A stretch of DNA of 64,000 bases. Source: Mobula hypostoma (lineage: Eukaryota). Position numbers and translations under genes: made by a program. The notes beneath the pieces are model-generated. The model saw nothing but the letters and a program-made list of their open reading frames with translations. It ran no database searches and was not told the DNA's origin. The stretch covers positions 108,316,001-108,380,000 of the forward strand of contig NC_086108.1 in assembly GCF_963921235.1 (NCBI RefSeq). The letters are read 5' to 3'. Below, in pieces: positions 39,180 to 51,045 of this stretch. Position 1 is the first letter of the stretch, and every line of letters begins with the position of its first letter.

Positions 39180-40749
39180 ACATTAAAACATGCAGGAAAT
39201 GCATCGTTTGTATTAACAACCAACACAGACCGAGGATGCCTTGCCAACATAGCATGTCCACAGCTTATTAACCGTAACCCGCAAGTTGGAACGTGGGTGG
39301 AAACCAGAGCAACCAAAGGAAACTCTTGCGGTCATGGGGAGAACGTACAAACTCCTTTTAGAAGTAGTTGAGGCAGGTACAATAATATCATTAGAGAAGC
39401 ACTTGAATAGGTACATGGAGGTGGAGGGTTTGGAGGAGAATGGGAACTCGGGACTAGAGGGGTGGGCACAATGGTTATCATAGACTGGTTGGGCTGAATA
39501 GCCTGTATCCATGCTCCATTACTTTAATTCCTCTCTGGCTCAGCACTTTATCATGGCGGAGAGGCTTGTGAGTTCCTGCTATCTTGAGAGCGGTGCTGCC
39601 AGGAGGTTAACTCCTGGTAGCATCACCCACAATGGCAAGGTCCGGGGAGAGGTTCTGAACACAAGAGCGATCCAACAAAGACCTTAGCGGAGGGGCTTAT
39701 GGAAGGAAGATGATGACACATCACAATGGCAGTGAAGTGGAGAAAGGCTGCAGCAGTGAAGGGTCCTCGGTCATCTTGCACTCCATATCACTGGCCCTGA
39801 CCCATTCTGTCAAGGACGGTGTGGTGGCTGCCCATATGTCAGCCTCTCCATGTTAAACAAAGTCACGCACAGGCATTCTCCATTAAGGGAATTCACCCTA
39901 ACATCCTGGATTACGTGGATCTTAGATCGGGATCTGCAGCCACCTGAGAACCCACCAATAGGCAACCCTTAGAACATCATACTTGACTTGCGTGATCTAC
40001 TGTGCGACCACCACAATGATTCTAATATGGGCAAATAGGATGAGCTCAGGAAAGCACCTTGGTTAGCAGGGACAGGATTGTCCATACGGCTTGTTTTCGT
40101 ACTGTACAAGTCAGAATGCCAGGGTGATGTAGGGGTTAGCACAGTTCAGAGTTCAATCCGAGCATCATCTGTAAGGAGTGTGTATGTCCTCCTCATGGAA
40201 TGTGTGGTTTTCTCCGGGTTCTCCCGTTTCTTCACACCGTCCAAAGATATACCAGGTAGGTTAATTACAATTTGTCCCATGATTAGGTTAGGGTTAATCG
40301 GGATTATCAAGGGGTTGCAGGTTGGTGTGGCTTGAAGGGCTGGAAGGACCTATTCCGCACTGTATCGTGAAATAAGTAAAGTAAAATAAATAAATAAATA
40401 TGAATGCTTTATCTGGAAGATAGAAATTCAAGTAATTAAATTAATATTGATATTGATTTGTCATTGTCACATATACCAAGATATAGTGAAAAATGTTTCT
40501 TTGGTGTGCTGGCTCTATTCACAGTAACGAGTTCCTCTTGATGCTCCGGTTTCCTCCCACAGTCCAAAGACGTACTGGTTGGTAGGTTATTTCGTCATTG
40601 TAAATTGTCCCATGATTAGGCTAGGATTAAGTCGGTCGATTTGCTAGGGAGCTCTGCTTGAAGGGCTGGAAAGGCTTACTGCATGCTGTATCTCAATAAA
40701 TAAATGGTCCTTCTGGTAGTTTGGAGAAGCTCATCTCCTTCACCTATGT

Positions 40750-40900
40750 CCGGCTGGTGGCGTAGTGGCATCAGCGCCGGACTTCGGAGCAAAGGCTCCC
40801 GAGTTCAAATCCAGCCGGCTCCCTTGCATGCTTTCCATCCGTGCTGGGTTGAGCGTCAAGCTAGCAACTGGACCTTGTAAAAATAAGAAAGCCTGCTAAA
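40750..40900 (+). mobile_element. tRNA-derived SINE head (related copy near 24072)
   Basis: A box tggcgtagtgg, B box gagttcaaatcc, followed by non-tRNA body. Confidence 0.65.
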
Positions 40901-42476
40901 AAATCGCTGTCATGACGCCGTCCTGTCAAGGAAATAGGGATCACATTTATAATCAGTGACTTACTGAACATGAATGAAATGTGCTGTTTTCTGGCAGCAG
41001 TAAACTGCAAAGAACTAAAATTACTCTAAGCTGCAAGATAAACAAATAGTGAACCCTTTATATATTTTCGTAATTTATCGATTTTTTTTTTGTCTTTGCA
41101 CTGTACAGATTAAAGATTAGCTTTATTTGCCACCCGTACATTGAAACATGAAAAAATACAGTGAAATGCATTGTTTCTGTCAAATCAGATCAGTGAGGAA
41201 TGTGCTGGGGACAGCTCACAAGTGTCGCCATGCTTCTAGCGCCTACAACGCATGCCCACGACACACTAACCCTAACCCATACATCTTTAGAATGTGGGAG
41301 GAAACTGGAGCACCGGGAGGAAACCCACGCAGTCATGGGGAGACAGAGACAGGAAGTGAACCAGGCTCTTACTGCTGGCACTGTAAAATGATGCACTAAC
41401 TTTTACCCCTGTTGCTCTGCTGCAGCAAACAAAACATTTCATGCCACAGAAGACAGCAACAATAATTTGATTAGGTTATAAGGCCAGAAGATATAGGAGT
41501 AGAATTGGGCTATTCAGCCCATCAATTCTGCTCTGCCATTCCAGCATGACTGATTTATTATCCCTCTCTACCCCATTCTCCTGTCTTCTCCACATAACCA
41601 TTGATACCCTGACAAATCAAGAACGTATCAACCTCTGCTTTAAATATACTCAATGTCTTGGCCTTCACAGCTGTCTGTGGTAATGAATTCCACTGATTCA
41701 CTACCCTCTGGCTAAAGAAATTCCTTCTCATCACTGTTTTAAATTAGGCCCAGAGCCATCAAACTCTGCTCATAGATTATAAAAGCACAAGTAAAATAAT
41801 AACGAGGTAGTGTTCATGGATTCATGGACCGTTAAGAAATCTGATGACATCTTTCATCACCATAAAGTCTAACCTAGCTACAGTTCCGGACCTGTCAACA
41901 TCTCTTCTTTACAGGGTATTTAGCTGGTTTGGTCATAAGGATCGGTAATTTGAGTTCAAGGGCCGTGAGGTAATATTGCAGTCCTGTAAAAGCCTAGGTA
42001 CATTGCACTTGGAATATTGTGTTTAGTTCTGGTCACCTCATTTTAGGAAGGATGTGGAAGCTTTAGAGAGGATGTACAGGAAATCTACCAAGATGCTGCC
42101 TAGACTAGAGAGCATGTCTTGTAGGATGTCTTAAAGCATGCCTTCTATGTCCAATAGGATAGGTCGAGTGAGCTAGAGCTTTTTCTCTCTGGAGCGAAAG
42201 ATGATGAGAGGTAAGTTGATAGAGGAGTACAGGATAATAAAAAGCCTAAACTGAGTTGACAACCAAAGACATTTCCCAGTGCAGAAAGGCGAATACAAGG
42301 GGGCATAATTTTAATGTTATTGGAGGAAAGTATAGCGTTTTTTTACACCGAGTGCTGGGTGCATGGAACGCCCTCTGGTAGAGGCAGATATTTTTTGCAA
42401 GGGAAGGGTTAGATTGCACAACCTCGTAGACCAAAGGGCCTCTAATGCGCCGTAATGTTCCTTGTTCTATGTACTA

Positions 42477-42986
42477 CACTCAGTGACCACTTGATTAGGT
42501 TCATGGTCGTCTTCTGCTGTAGGTCATCCACTTCCATGTTCAATATGTTGTGCATTCGGAGATGCTCTTCTACCACTGTTGTAATGTGTGGTTATTTATC
42601 CTGCAGTTTCTATGGTCAACTTTCTGTCAGCTTAGCCATTCTCCTCTGACCTCTCATTAACAAAGCATTTTCACCCACAGGACCACAGCTCACTGGATGT
42701 TTTTCTTTGTTTTTCACACCATTTTCTGTAAACTCTTAAGAGACCGTTGTGTGTGAAAATCCCAGGAGATCTGAGATCCCCATCTGGCACCAAAAATCAT
42801 TCTACGGTCAAAGTCATTTAGATTACCTTTCTTCCCTGTTCTGACGTTTGGTCTGAACGACAACTGAATCTCTTGACCATGTCTGGGTGCTTTTATGCAT
42901 TCAGTTGCTGCCAGATGATTGGCTGATTAGATATTTGCATTAATGAGCAGGTGTACAGCTGTACCTAATAAAGTGGCCACTGAATG
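42477..42986 (-). mobile_element. Non-autonomous Tc1-derived element ending ~60 bp before an exon
   Basis: TA|cactcagtgaccacttgattagg ... cctaataaagtggccactgaatg|TA. Confidence 0.82.
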
Positions 42987-43049
42987 TAATTTGAGTACTC
43001 CTACTAATGAAGTTCGCTCTCCTTGTTCCCTCTGCCCTTGCTTGCACAG

Positions 43050-43172
43050 TGCTGGAGGTCGGTGTGTTGAGCACAGAAGGCCAAGTTAAGGACCTGAAAT
43101 TTCCCCAGGGTTACATGGGAGGAAACTCCATTCAGCTTTCCGGAAACACCATAAAACAGAACAGTCGAACTG
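43050..43172 (+). CDS. ADGRL2: ADGRL2-like exon, GAIN domain
   Basis: cacAG|tg...actg|GTaagt; 123 bp, phase 1->1. (V)[40 protein letters not shown]. Confidence 0.94.
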
Positions 43173-43474
43173 GTAAGTGTTGTCCTCAAATGATCGCTGA
43201 CCGTCATCCGGATAGCAACACCACCGTGGCCTTGAAAAGAACAACTACTCCAACTGCTCCAACTACTCAGCAGGTCAGGCAGCTTCCTCATGACGAGTCT
43301 CGGCCTGAAGCATCGATTCTCCATTCCCCTCTACAAATACTTGAGTTTGCCCAACTTCTCCTCAGAACACATCCCCACTAATCCACCTTGAATATATTCA
43401 TTGATTTAGCCTCCGCTATGCTGTGGGGTAGTGAGTTCCATTGGCTCATAGCACTCTGAACAAAAATCTTCCTC

Positions 43475-44300
43475 TACAGTGGTGAGACCCAACATAGGCT
43501 AGGGCGGGGGGGCCTTTGTCGAGCAACTTCATTCCTTCCACCAAAAGCAGGGATGCCCAGTGGCCAAACTTTTTAATTCCAATCCGCAATCCTATTACGA
43601 CATGTCAGTCCATGGCCTTCTCTACTGCCATGATAAGACCACTCCAAGGTTGGTGGAGCAACACCTCATATTCCGTCTGGGTAGCATCCAAGTTGATGGC
43701 ATGATCATCGATTTCTCCAACTTCCAGTCATTTTTACTCCCTCCCCTCTCCTTGATTTCCACATTCTGGCCCCCCCCCACCTCTTCTCTCCCCCTCACCA
43801 CCCTCGTGCCACTCCCCCTTCCATTTCTCAGTGCCTCTCCTATTAGATTCCCTCTTCTTCAACCATTTACCTTTTCCACCTATCACCTGTCAGTTTCTTA
43901 CTTTATCCTGCCCCCCCCCCCCACCACCACTACCACCCAGCTGGCTTCACCTATCACCTTCTAGCTTCCCTTTCTCCACACCCCCCCCCCCACTTACTAT
44001 GGCTTCTACACCCTTCCTTTTCCGTTTTGATGAAGACACGTGGCCCAAAATGTCAACTGCTTATTCATTGTCATTGAAGCTGCCTGACCTACTCAGTTCC
44101 TCCAGTGTTTTGTGTGTGTGTTGATCTGCATTTCCAGCATCTACAGAATCTCTTGTGTTTAGAAATCCAACTTCTGTGTTTCTGGCTTCTGCCCCCTTTT
44201 ATTCCAGTCCTGATGAAAGTTTCAGCCCAAAATGTTGACTGTTTCTTCACCTCCACAGATGCTTACTAACTTGCAGAGTTCTTCCAGCATTTTATGTGTG
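43475..44300 (+). mobile_element. Older PLE fragment (GIY-YIG remnant plus two degenerate pseudo-LTR/hammerhead units)
   Basis: YSGETQHRLG; VHGLLYCHDKTTPRLVEQHLIFRLGSIQVDGMIIDFSNF. Degenerate tgatgaa...aaaatgtcaactg units near 44025 and 44205. Confidence 0.72.
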
Positions 44301-46376
44301 AAAGGCCTTTAACAGGGGTCACAGTTCAAATATTCCTCATTTGATTGGCCAAAGAAGCTTGGATTTTTTTTTTGAAGCGCATTAATTTCTGTCAGTATTG
44401 TGGCCAAATTGTTTAATTTTTTATGACTCTATGACTTTATGACTCAGACAGCATCTATGGAGTTTCAGAAAGTTAATATTATTATAACAGAGTTTTCCTT
44501 ATGCAGTTAGAGTCATAGGATCGTAGAAAATACAGCACAGTAACAGGCCCTTTGTACCACTTAGTCCATGCTGAATGACTTAAACTGCCTAGTCCCATTG
44601 ATCTGCACCTGGACGAAAGCCCTCCATACCCCTCCCATCCATGTACTTTTCCAAATTTCTCCTAAACATTGAAATTGAGGTTGCATGCACTACTTGCACT
44701 GGCAGCTCATTCCACACTCTTATGGTTCTCTGAGGGAAGACATTTCCCCTCCTGCTCCCCTTAACTCTTCACCTTTCACCCTTAACCCATGATTTCTAGT
44801 TGTCGTCTCAGCCAACCTCAGTGGGAAAAAGCCTGCTTGCATTTACCCTATCTATAATTTTGTATACCTCTATCAAATCTCCTCTCAATCTTCTTCATTC
44901 CAAGAAATACAGACCTAACCTGTTCATTCTTTCTTTATAACTCAGTTCCTCCAGTTCCAGCAACATCCTTGTAAATTTTCTCTGTACTCTTTCAACCTCG
45001 TTAGGTGACCAAAACTGCACATGATACTCCAAATTAGGCCTCTCCAACATCTTAGACAACTTCAACATAACATCCCATCTCCTGTACTCAGTACATTGAT
45101 TTGTGAAGGGCCATGTGCCAAAAGCATTCTTTATGACGCTATCTATCTACCTGTGCTGCCACTTTCAATGAATTATGGACCTGTATTCCCAGATCCACTT
45201 GAGCCACTGCAAATTTCCAATGTCTTCTGTTCTTAGATTCACTGTTCTCCCTTCTCTGTGCTGACATGAAAGTTAGTGTCACATTGAATCAACTGTTTCT
45301 TGATGAAATGGTCACTTAGGTAAATGTCCCATTAATGTGAACAATAATCAAAGTGGAAGTCAAGTTCATTGCTACCTCCACAGGTCCATGTCTGCACAGG
45401 TATACTGAAGAACTGACTTGCAGCAGCATCACAGGCACACAGAGCATCAGATAAGCAGCGCTGACAAGAAAAATATAAATTAAACATGGAATTATACACA
45501 ATTTTTGCAAGAAAGAAAACAATTAGAACAAAAACTGTCGAAGTGTTGCTTGAGGCCCTCAGTGATGCCACACCGCGTGTGAGGTGTCACCGGTTGATTT
45601 GTTCTGTACCCTACAATATTTAACTTATGCTCTTTAGTTAGATTATTTGTGCCTAAATTGTTTTTAAATTTTATTCTTACATTCATATGTTATTGTGTAT
45701 TATGTCTGTGATATGTGTACTACAGCCTGGTTCAGAGAAACGTCTCATCTATCAGTATACATGTATATAGTTAAACAACAATAAACTCGACTTGATTAGG
45801 AATCAATATCAAGTTTAATATCACTGGCACATGTTGTGAGATCTTTCTGAATATTTTGAAATGTGCTGAAAGGATCTCAGCCCGAAACACCGACTGTTTA
45901 TTCCTCGCTATAGATGCTGCCTGACCCGCAGAGCCCCCCCAGCATTTTGTGTGTGTTGTTGTGAAATTTGTTTTTTTTGTGACAGCAGTTTATTGTAATG
46001 CGTAATAATAAAAAAATGATAAATTGCAATAAAATGTTTTAAAATTAAATTAATTGGTTCTAGAACTGAATAGTTGAAGGAAACTAACTGTTGCTGATCA
46101 GGTGGTGTGGGACTTTGGGCTCCTGTACCTCCTGCCCGATGGGAACTGTGAGAAGATGACATGTCCCAGATGGTGGGACCCTTTGATGATGGATATCACC
46201 TTCTTGTGGCAATGTGGTAGGGAGGGATGCACACGTAATGAATTGAGATGAGTCAAATAAACATTTGTGTTCCGTGTGGGGGTTTAAGGGAGTGTTTTGA
46301 TGGGTTTTAATATTTTCTTTTCTCCCCTCCTTCCTCTCCTCCCGTCCTGTCCCCCTTCCACGTTGGGTCGGTGCAG

Positions 46377-46576
46377 CGAAGTTGGTGTTCACACTGTACA
46401 AAAGTCTGGGGCAGTTCCTGACCACGGAGAATGCAACAATCAAGGTGGCAGGGGACGGTACGGGGCGGAACTACACCGTTGCAGTGAACTCACACATCAT
46501 CGCCGCGTCGATCAACAAGGAGTCGAGCCGCATCTATGTGACAGAGCCGGTGGTCTTCACGTTGGAACACATCGAT
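46377..46576 (+). CDS. ADGRL2: ADGRL2-like exon, GAIN domain (5' boundary 46377 with canonical AG, or 46371 by homology)
   Basis: (A)[66 protein letters not shown]; donor gat|GTgagt; phase 1->0. The acceptor is ambiguous (see findings). Confidence 0.88.
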
Positions 46577-47138
46577 GTGAGTTACCTACAACATGGAACA
46601 TAGAACCTTACAGGACAGTACAGGCCATTCGGCTGATGATGTTGTGCTGACCCTTTAATGTACTCTAAGACCAATCTTAACACTTCCCTCTAACAGAGCC
46701 CTCCATTAACCTATCATTCATATTCCTACCTAAGTGTTTCTTAAATGCCCCTAATGTATCTGCCTCTATCAATACCACTGGCAGAACGTTCAATGTCCCC
46801 ACCAATCTCTGTGTAAATAACTGACATACCCCCCCCCCCAACAGCTTCCTCCAGTCACCTTAAAATTATGCCCCCTTGTATTAGTCATTTTCACCCTGGG
46901 AGAAGCTCTGTAACTATCCACTCTATTAAGTCACCTCTCATCCTCCTTTGCTCCAAAGAAGAAAGATAAAACTTGCTGAACCTACAGTCTGGTGCAAAAG
47001 TCTTAGGTATAGCTGGGATGCTTAGGACTTTTGCACAGTATTGTATATTGATTAAAATAGGAAGGTGGTTGGGAAACTGAAGTAAGAGAACTTAGCTTTG
47101 TATTAGCTCAGTAATACTAAGTGTTACTTGGTAACTGT

Positions 47139-47996
47139 TGTTACGTACCCCGTAACTGGGTTGCCAAACCAGCAGAAATGGATCACTCAGTTGGAGTCTG
47201 GAGTACTAGAACTAAGAAAGTTTTATTAAAGAAACAAGCAACACAGTAATCGAAAGGATAATAAATGCAACAGTTCAGTGATGATAAACACACATGTGCA
47301 CAGCATTAAGATAACAGCATCAATCAAGCTCTATCGTTGTCTAGGGGTAAATGACCAATTTCAAAATGACTCAAAGTTCAGTCCAGTTAGTAGTTCAGTT
47401 CGCAGTAATCGTGGCCATGGCAATGGACAGGGTGGGGGAAGAGAGACAGAGAACAGGAACAACTCATCATTCAGCACAGCTTCACTCACAGATCAGCGAG
47501 ATTGCTCACGAGCAACTTTTGGGCGGGTCCTTGGTGATGTCACCTGAGGTCACCGACTGTGACCCCTCCTCCAGATGCGGTCGATCCTCTGCAGTGAACC
47601 CGGCACCCAGGCAAGGGCGGACACACACCGGGTTCCCGCTGATCGTACCTTTCCACCCTTGTCGTTGTCTGGTACTTCTCATCCACTCGTGAGAGGCGCA
47701 CCGCTTCCAGGGTCTCGTTACCTCGGGTGGCGTGTGTCTGTCTTAGCGAACCTGTCCCCTTTTTATCCCCCTGCTGGGGTATCGCCTGTCCATCACTTCA
47801 AACAGTTCAGGGTTCAAAGGGGGGAGCTGCTCCAGACAGCTCTCTCTCCCACATCCCTTCATTACACATCTCCAGACGCTGCTCCATTGTTCCTTATCTC
47901 TCCTTCCCCTGAGGGCAGGTGGCAGACCAACTGCTGATGCCACTGATGCTAGCCCAGGCCAGCAAACATCTTAATTTTATGTGTATTCTCGTAACA
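47139..47996 (-). repeat. 3' LTR
   Basis: Direct repeat of 51046-51903, with roughly a dozen differences by eye. Confidence 0.95.
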
Positions 47997-48008
47997 CTTC
48001 CCCCCTTT
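47997..48008 (-). promoter_or_regulatory. Polypurine tract
   Basis: Minus strand AAAGGGGGGAAG abuts the 3' LTR. Confidence 0.85.
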
Positions 48009-48168
48009 AAGGATTTTTACCGGGAGGTAAAAATTACAAACATGACTACATTATTTGATACATACACAATATACATCTTTAACAGTTATTTAGCTAATAC
48101 AGAGAATTTGAAGCTGTCAACACCTTGACAGACAGTCATCACATTTTCTGTTCCTTTTCCACGTGTTA

Positions 48169-50946
48169 TTAATAATCCCTTAGACCAGGCTCCAACTCAG
48201 CAAACTTCATAGTGGCCAAAAAGACTGATGAATTGCGACCAATGTAACCTCTCATCTGGTTTTGTCCCGGACCACAACAACAAGGGTCGTCCCATTCCGA
48301 CTCAATTTTCTCTCGCAAGGGCTTAGTAGGAGGGGGACGGGTATTGACCGCAGAGTTATTGCAAAACTTCCTGCAGTACCCCACCATCTCCAAAAGCCTT
48401 CTGAGGGCCCTCTTGTCTGTCGGGGTTGGGAGGTCAGCGATAGCCTGCACTGTAGCTTGCATCACTGCCAGCTGCCCCTGTGTCACCACAATTCCCAGGT
48501 AAGTGACCTTTGTGTGGCCGAATTCATTTTTTTCAAGGTTCACTATCAAGCTGGCTTCAGACAGCCGTATTAAATTGCCAATACACACCTCTGTGTTCAT
48601 CAGCCCTTTAGTCACTGAATTACTCAAAAAATATGGGTGTTGTTTACTTGGCTGCCCTATTGTAACCACAATCACCCAACGTCCCAGTTCTTTGCATTTC
48701 CTCGGGACAATCCAACACATGGGTGCGAGTCGTTTAATTACTCCTTCGGGGATTAAGGGAGAGACCTTATCAGTAGACCTGGCCAAAACAATAGCCTTCT
48801 CCCATCTGACCGATCCCATCCTAATCTTTTCAAAATGGTTTTTTCCTCTTAGCAGGGGGCCCCTAGCTTCATTGATTTCCACGCTAACACCGACTAGGTT
48901 TGTTAGCATATCAAAAGCCGGTGACCGTCTCAGTTCGCGTCGGTCATGATCAATAACATTCTTCCCCCTGGGCAGCCGGTAAATCTCTTTCGTGATTCCA
49001 CCAACTGTTTCCTCCAGCACCGCAAAATGTCCACCGGGGGGTACCTCGTGGGCCATGTTAAAAACCTCATCCCCATAACTCTTTTGCACCACCCCCCATT
49101 CCTCATCTGCGGGTACTGTACTTGATTTCCCTTTCTTCCTTAGCACTTCCTCATCCGCACAATAGCCTACTAGTTCCCTTGTCAAGGCTGTGTCAGAGAG
49201 AGCTGTCTCGGCAAAAACCATCAGCCCCTCGTCTCGCTCCTGCGTCTGCACAACTTCTTTCCTGGCTACTGCTACGTCCGTCCCAGCTCCCTCACTACCT
49301 CTTATCTCACTACACCCTGTCTCATACAAGGTTGGCAGAAATGTTTCAGCCAAATTCACCATCGCGGGCGGGGCCTTCATGCTGGCAGGCTGACCTGTCA
49401 ATCTCACGACTGGGAACACGATTCCTCCGGCGATGTCATTACCGAGCAAGACTTCCACGTCTTTCATTGGTAATTCGGACCTCACCCCGATCGTGACTAG
49501 TCCAGAGACCAGGTTGCTCTGTAAATGTATCTGGTGCAAAGGGACTGACTCTGTCCCTTCCCCAACACCTTTGACCTCTACCTCCCCAGTCTGGGTCTCT
49601 GAGCTAAACTCTAATACACTCTTCAGTATTAGTGACTGACACGCTCCCGTGTCTCTCCAGATCCGCACTGGAACTGGTTCCAACCCCTCCTTCACTGACA
49701 CCAGTCCGGCCGAGATAAACCTCTCGCGCCCTTCCTGGACTTTTTCAGACCTGTCCTTCCCTAGCGGTTCGCTTAACAGCTCGATACAGCCATTCAAAAT
49801 TTCCGCTTTTCCTTTCCCCGTCTCCTTCCTTGGGGCAAAGCACCTGGACGCAAAGTGTCCGACTTTCCCACAATTATAACAGACGACCCCAGGAGACTTC
49901 CTACCAGACTGCTCCCGGTCTACCTTATCCTTTTCACTAGTCCCCGGCTTACTTTCTGACTTTTCCGGTGGACTCTCCCCGCCGTCCTGACTACCCTTCT
50001 GGTAGCCTTTACTCGGGGCAACCTTCATTTTATGCGTCAACGCATACTCATCCGCTAACTTAGCAGTTGCGGCTAACGTGGCTGCCTCTTTCTCATCGAG
50101 GTAGGGTCTCATACCCTCAGGGACACAACCTTTAAACTGCTTAATCAGAATCAGCTGCAGCAGTCTGTCATAATCCCCCTCTACCCCTTTCGAGGCGCAC
50201 CAACGCTCACAATATGTTTGCATCTCACGAGCAAACTCCAAATACGTGCGGTCCCACCGCTTCCTCGCATTCCGGAACCTCTGCCGGTATGCCTCCGGGA
50301 CCAACTCATAAATCCTGAGGATGGCCTCTTTCACCACCTCATACCTCTGGGCATCTTCCGCGGATAAAGCGGAGTAAGCTTGTTGGGCCTTCCCTTTCAG
50401 TACACTCTGAAGTAAAACAACCCACTTATCCCTTGGCCAGTCCTGACTTATGGCCACTTTTTCGAAATGGAGAAAGTACCGATCCACATCGGTATCGTCA
50501 AATGGGGGAACCAGCCTAACCTCCTGGGTCGCCCGGAACCCTCCACCTTGGTTCGGCACGAGCCCCTGCTCGGCCCTTATCTTTAACTTCTCCAGCTCAA
50601 ATTCCCTTTCCCTCTGTTTCTCCTCTCTCTCCAACTGTCTTTCTAACTGCTTCTCTTCGTGTTCTAACTGCCGTACCCGGAACTCGTGCTCGAGTCTCAG
50701 TTTTTCAAGCTGTACCTGTACCGCGTCTCCAGCAGGTTTTTCAATAGACACCTCCCCCAGCTCACCTTGGGGAAACACACCTTTAGATAGATAGTGCTCT
50801 ACAATAGCTCTGTGTATCTCCTCTCTCCTCATTGTCGACTTCACCTTAGCAAGATTCACCCGTTTGGCCACAGCTATCAATTCCGATTTCCTGGCATCCT
50901 CTAATGCCTCCAAGGTCGGCGCCTTTATAAATTCCTCAACCTCCAT
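48169..50946 (-). CDS. 925-aa Gag-protease polyprotein with vestigial integrase/RT segments
   Basis: Coiled coil; capsid/SCAN-like region (PEAYRQRFR...LILIKQF...LADEY); CCHC knuckle CYNCGKVGHFASRC (49840-49881); protease DTG (49645-49653) and LLGND; IN-like HEVPPGGH; RT thumb-like VNLEKNEF..KVTYLG...RRLLEMVGYCRKF. Confidence 0.88.
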   Translation of the reverse strand: MEVEEFIKAPTLEALEDARKSELIAVAKRVNLAKVKSTMRREEIHRAIVEHYLSKGVFPQGELGEVSIEKPAGDAVQVQLEKLRLEHEFRVRQLEHEEKQLERQLEREEKQREREFELEKLKIRAEQGLVPNQGGGFRATQEVRLVPPFDDTDVDRYFLHFEKVAISQDWPRDKWVVLLQSVLKGKAQQAYSALSAEDAQRYEVVKEAILRIYELVPEAYRQRFRNARKRWDRTYLEFAREMQTYCERWCASKGVEGDYDRLLQLILIKQFKGCVPEGMRPYLDEKEAATLAATAKLADEYALTHKMKVAPSKGYQKGSQDGGESPPEKSESKPGTSEKDKVDREQSGRKSPGVVCYNCGKVGHFASRCFAPRKETGKGKAEILNGCIELLSEPLGKDRSEKVQEGRERFISAGLVSVKEGLEPVPVRIWRDTGACQSLILKSVLEFSSETQTGEVEVKGVGEGTESVPLHQIHLQSNLVSGLVTIGVRSELPMKDVEVLLGNDIAGGIVFPVVRLTGQPASMKAPPAMVNLAETFLPTLYETGCSEIRGSEGAGTDVAVARKEVVQTQERDEGLMVFAETALSDTALTRELVGYCADEEVLRKKGKSSTVPADEEWGVVQKSYGDEVFNMAHEVPPGGHFAVLEETVGGITKEIYRLPRGKNVIDHDRRELRRSPAFDMLTNLVGVSVEINEARGPLLRGKNHFEKIRMGSVRWEKAIVLARSTDKVSPLIPEGVIKRLAPMCWIVPRKCKELGRWVIVVTIGQPSKQHPYFLSNSVTKGLMNTEVCIGNLIRLSEASLIVNLEKNEFGHTKVTYLGIVVTQGQLAVMQATVQAIADLPTPTDKRALRRLLEMVGYCRKFCNNSAVNTRPPPTKPLREKIESEWDDPCCCGPGQNQMRGYIGRNSSVFLATMKFAELEPGLRDY

Positions 50947-51022
50947 TTCTGCTGTTTGTCTTTTCTTTCTTTCGGGAATTTTAACCCAATCAATTTACTC
51001 CGTCCCAAATTTAGCGTTCAAA

Positions 51023-51041
51023 ATCGCGGACGAGAACCCCA
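51023..51041 (-). promoter_or_regulatory. Primer-binding site, tRNA-Pro-like (imperfect)
   Basis: Minus strand TGGGGTTCTCGTCCGCGAT versus canonical PBS-Pro TGGGGGCTCGTCCGGGAT; 4 nt from the LTR. Confidence 0.75.
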
Positions 51042-51045
51042 CTTA

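Noticed and set aside
43173..46376. U12-type intron as an explanation of the odd acceptor
   Set aside because: The donor is GTAAGT, a standard U2 site, not RTATCCTT.
47278..47943. ORFs duplicated at 51185-51881
   Set aside because: They are chance frames inside the two LTRs with no recognisable protein motif.
48169..50946. Endogenous retrovirus or autonomous retrotransposon
   Set aside because: No env, no RNase H and no intact YxDD or DDE core; the Gag and domain order are Gypsy/Gmr1-like.
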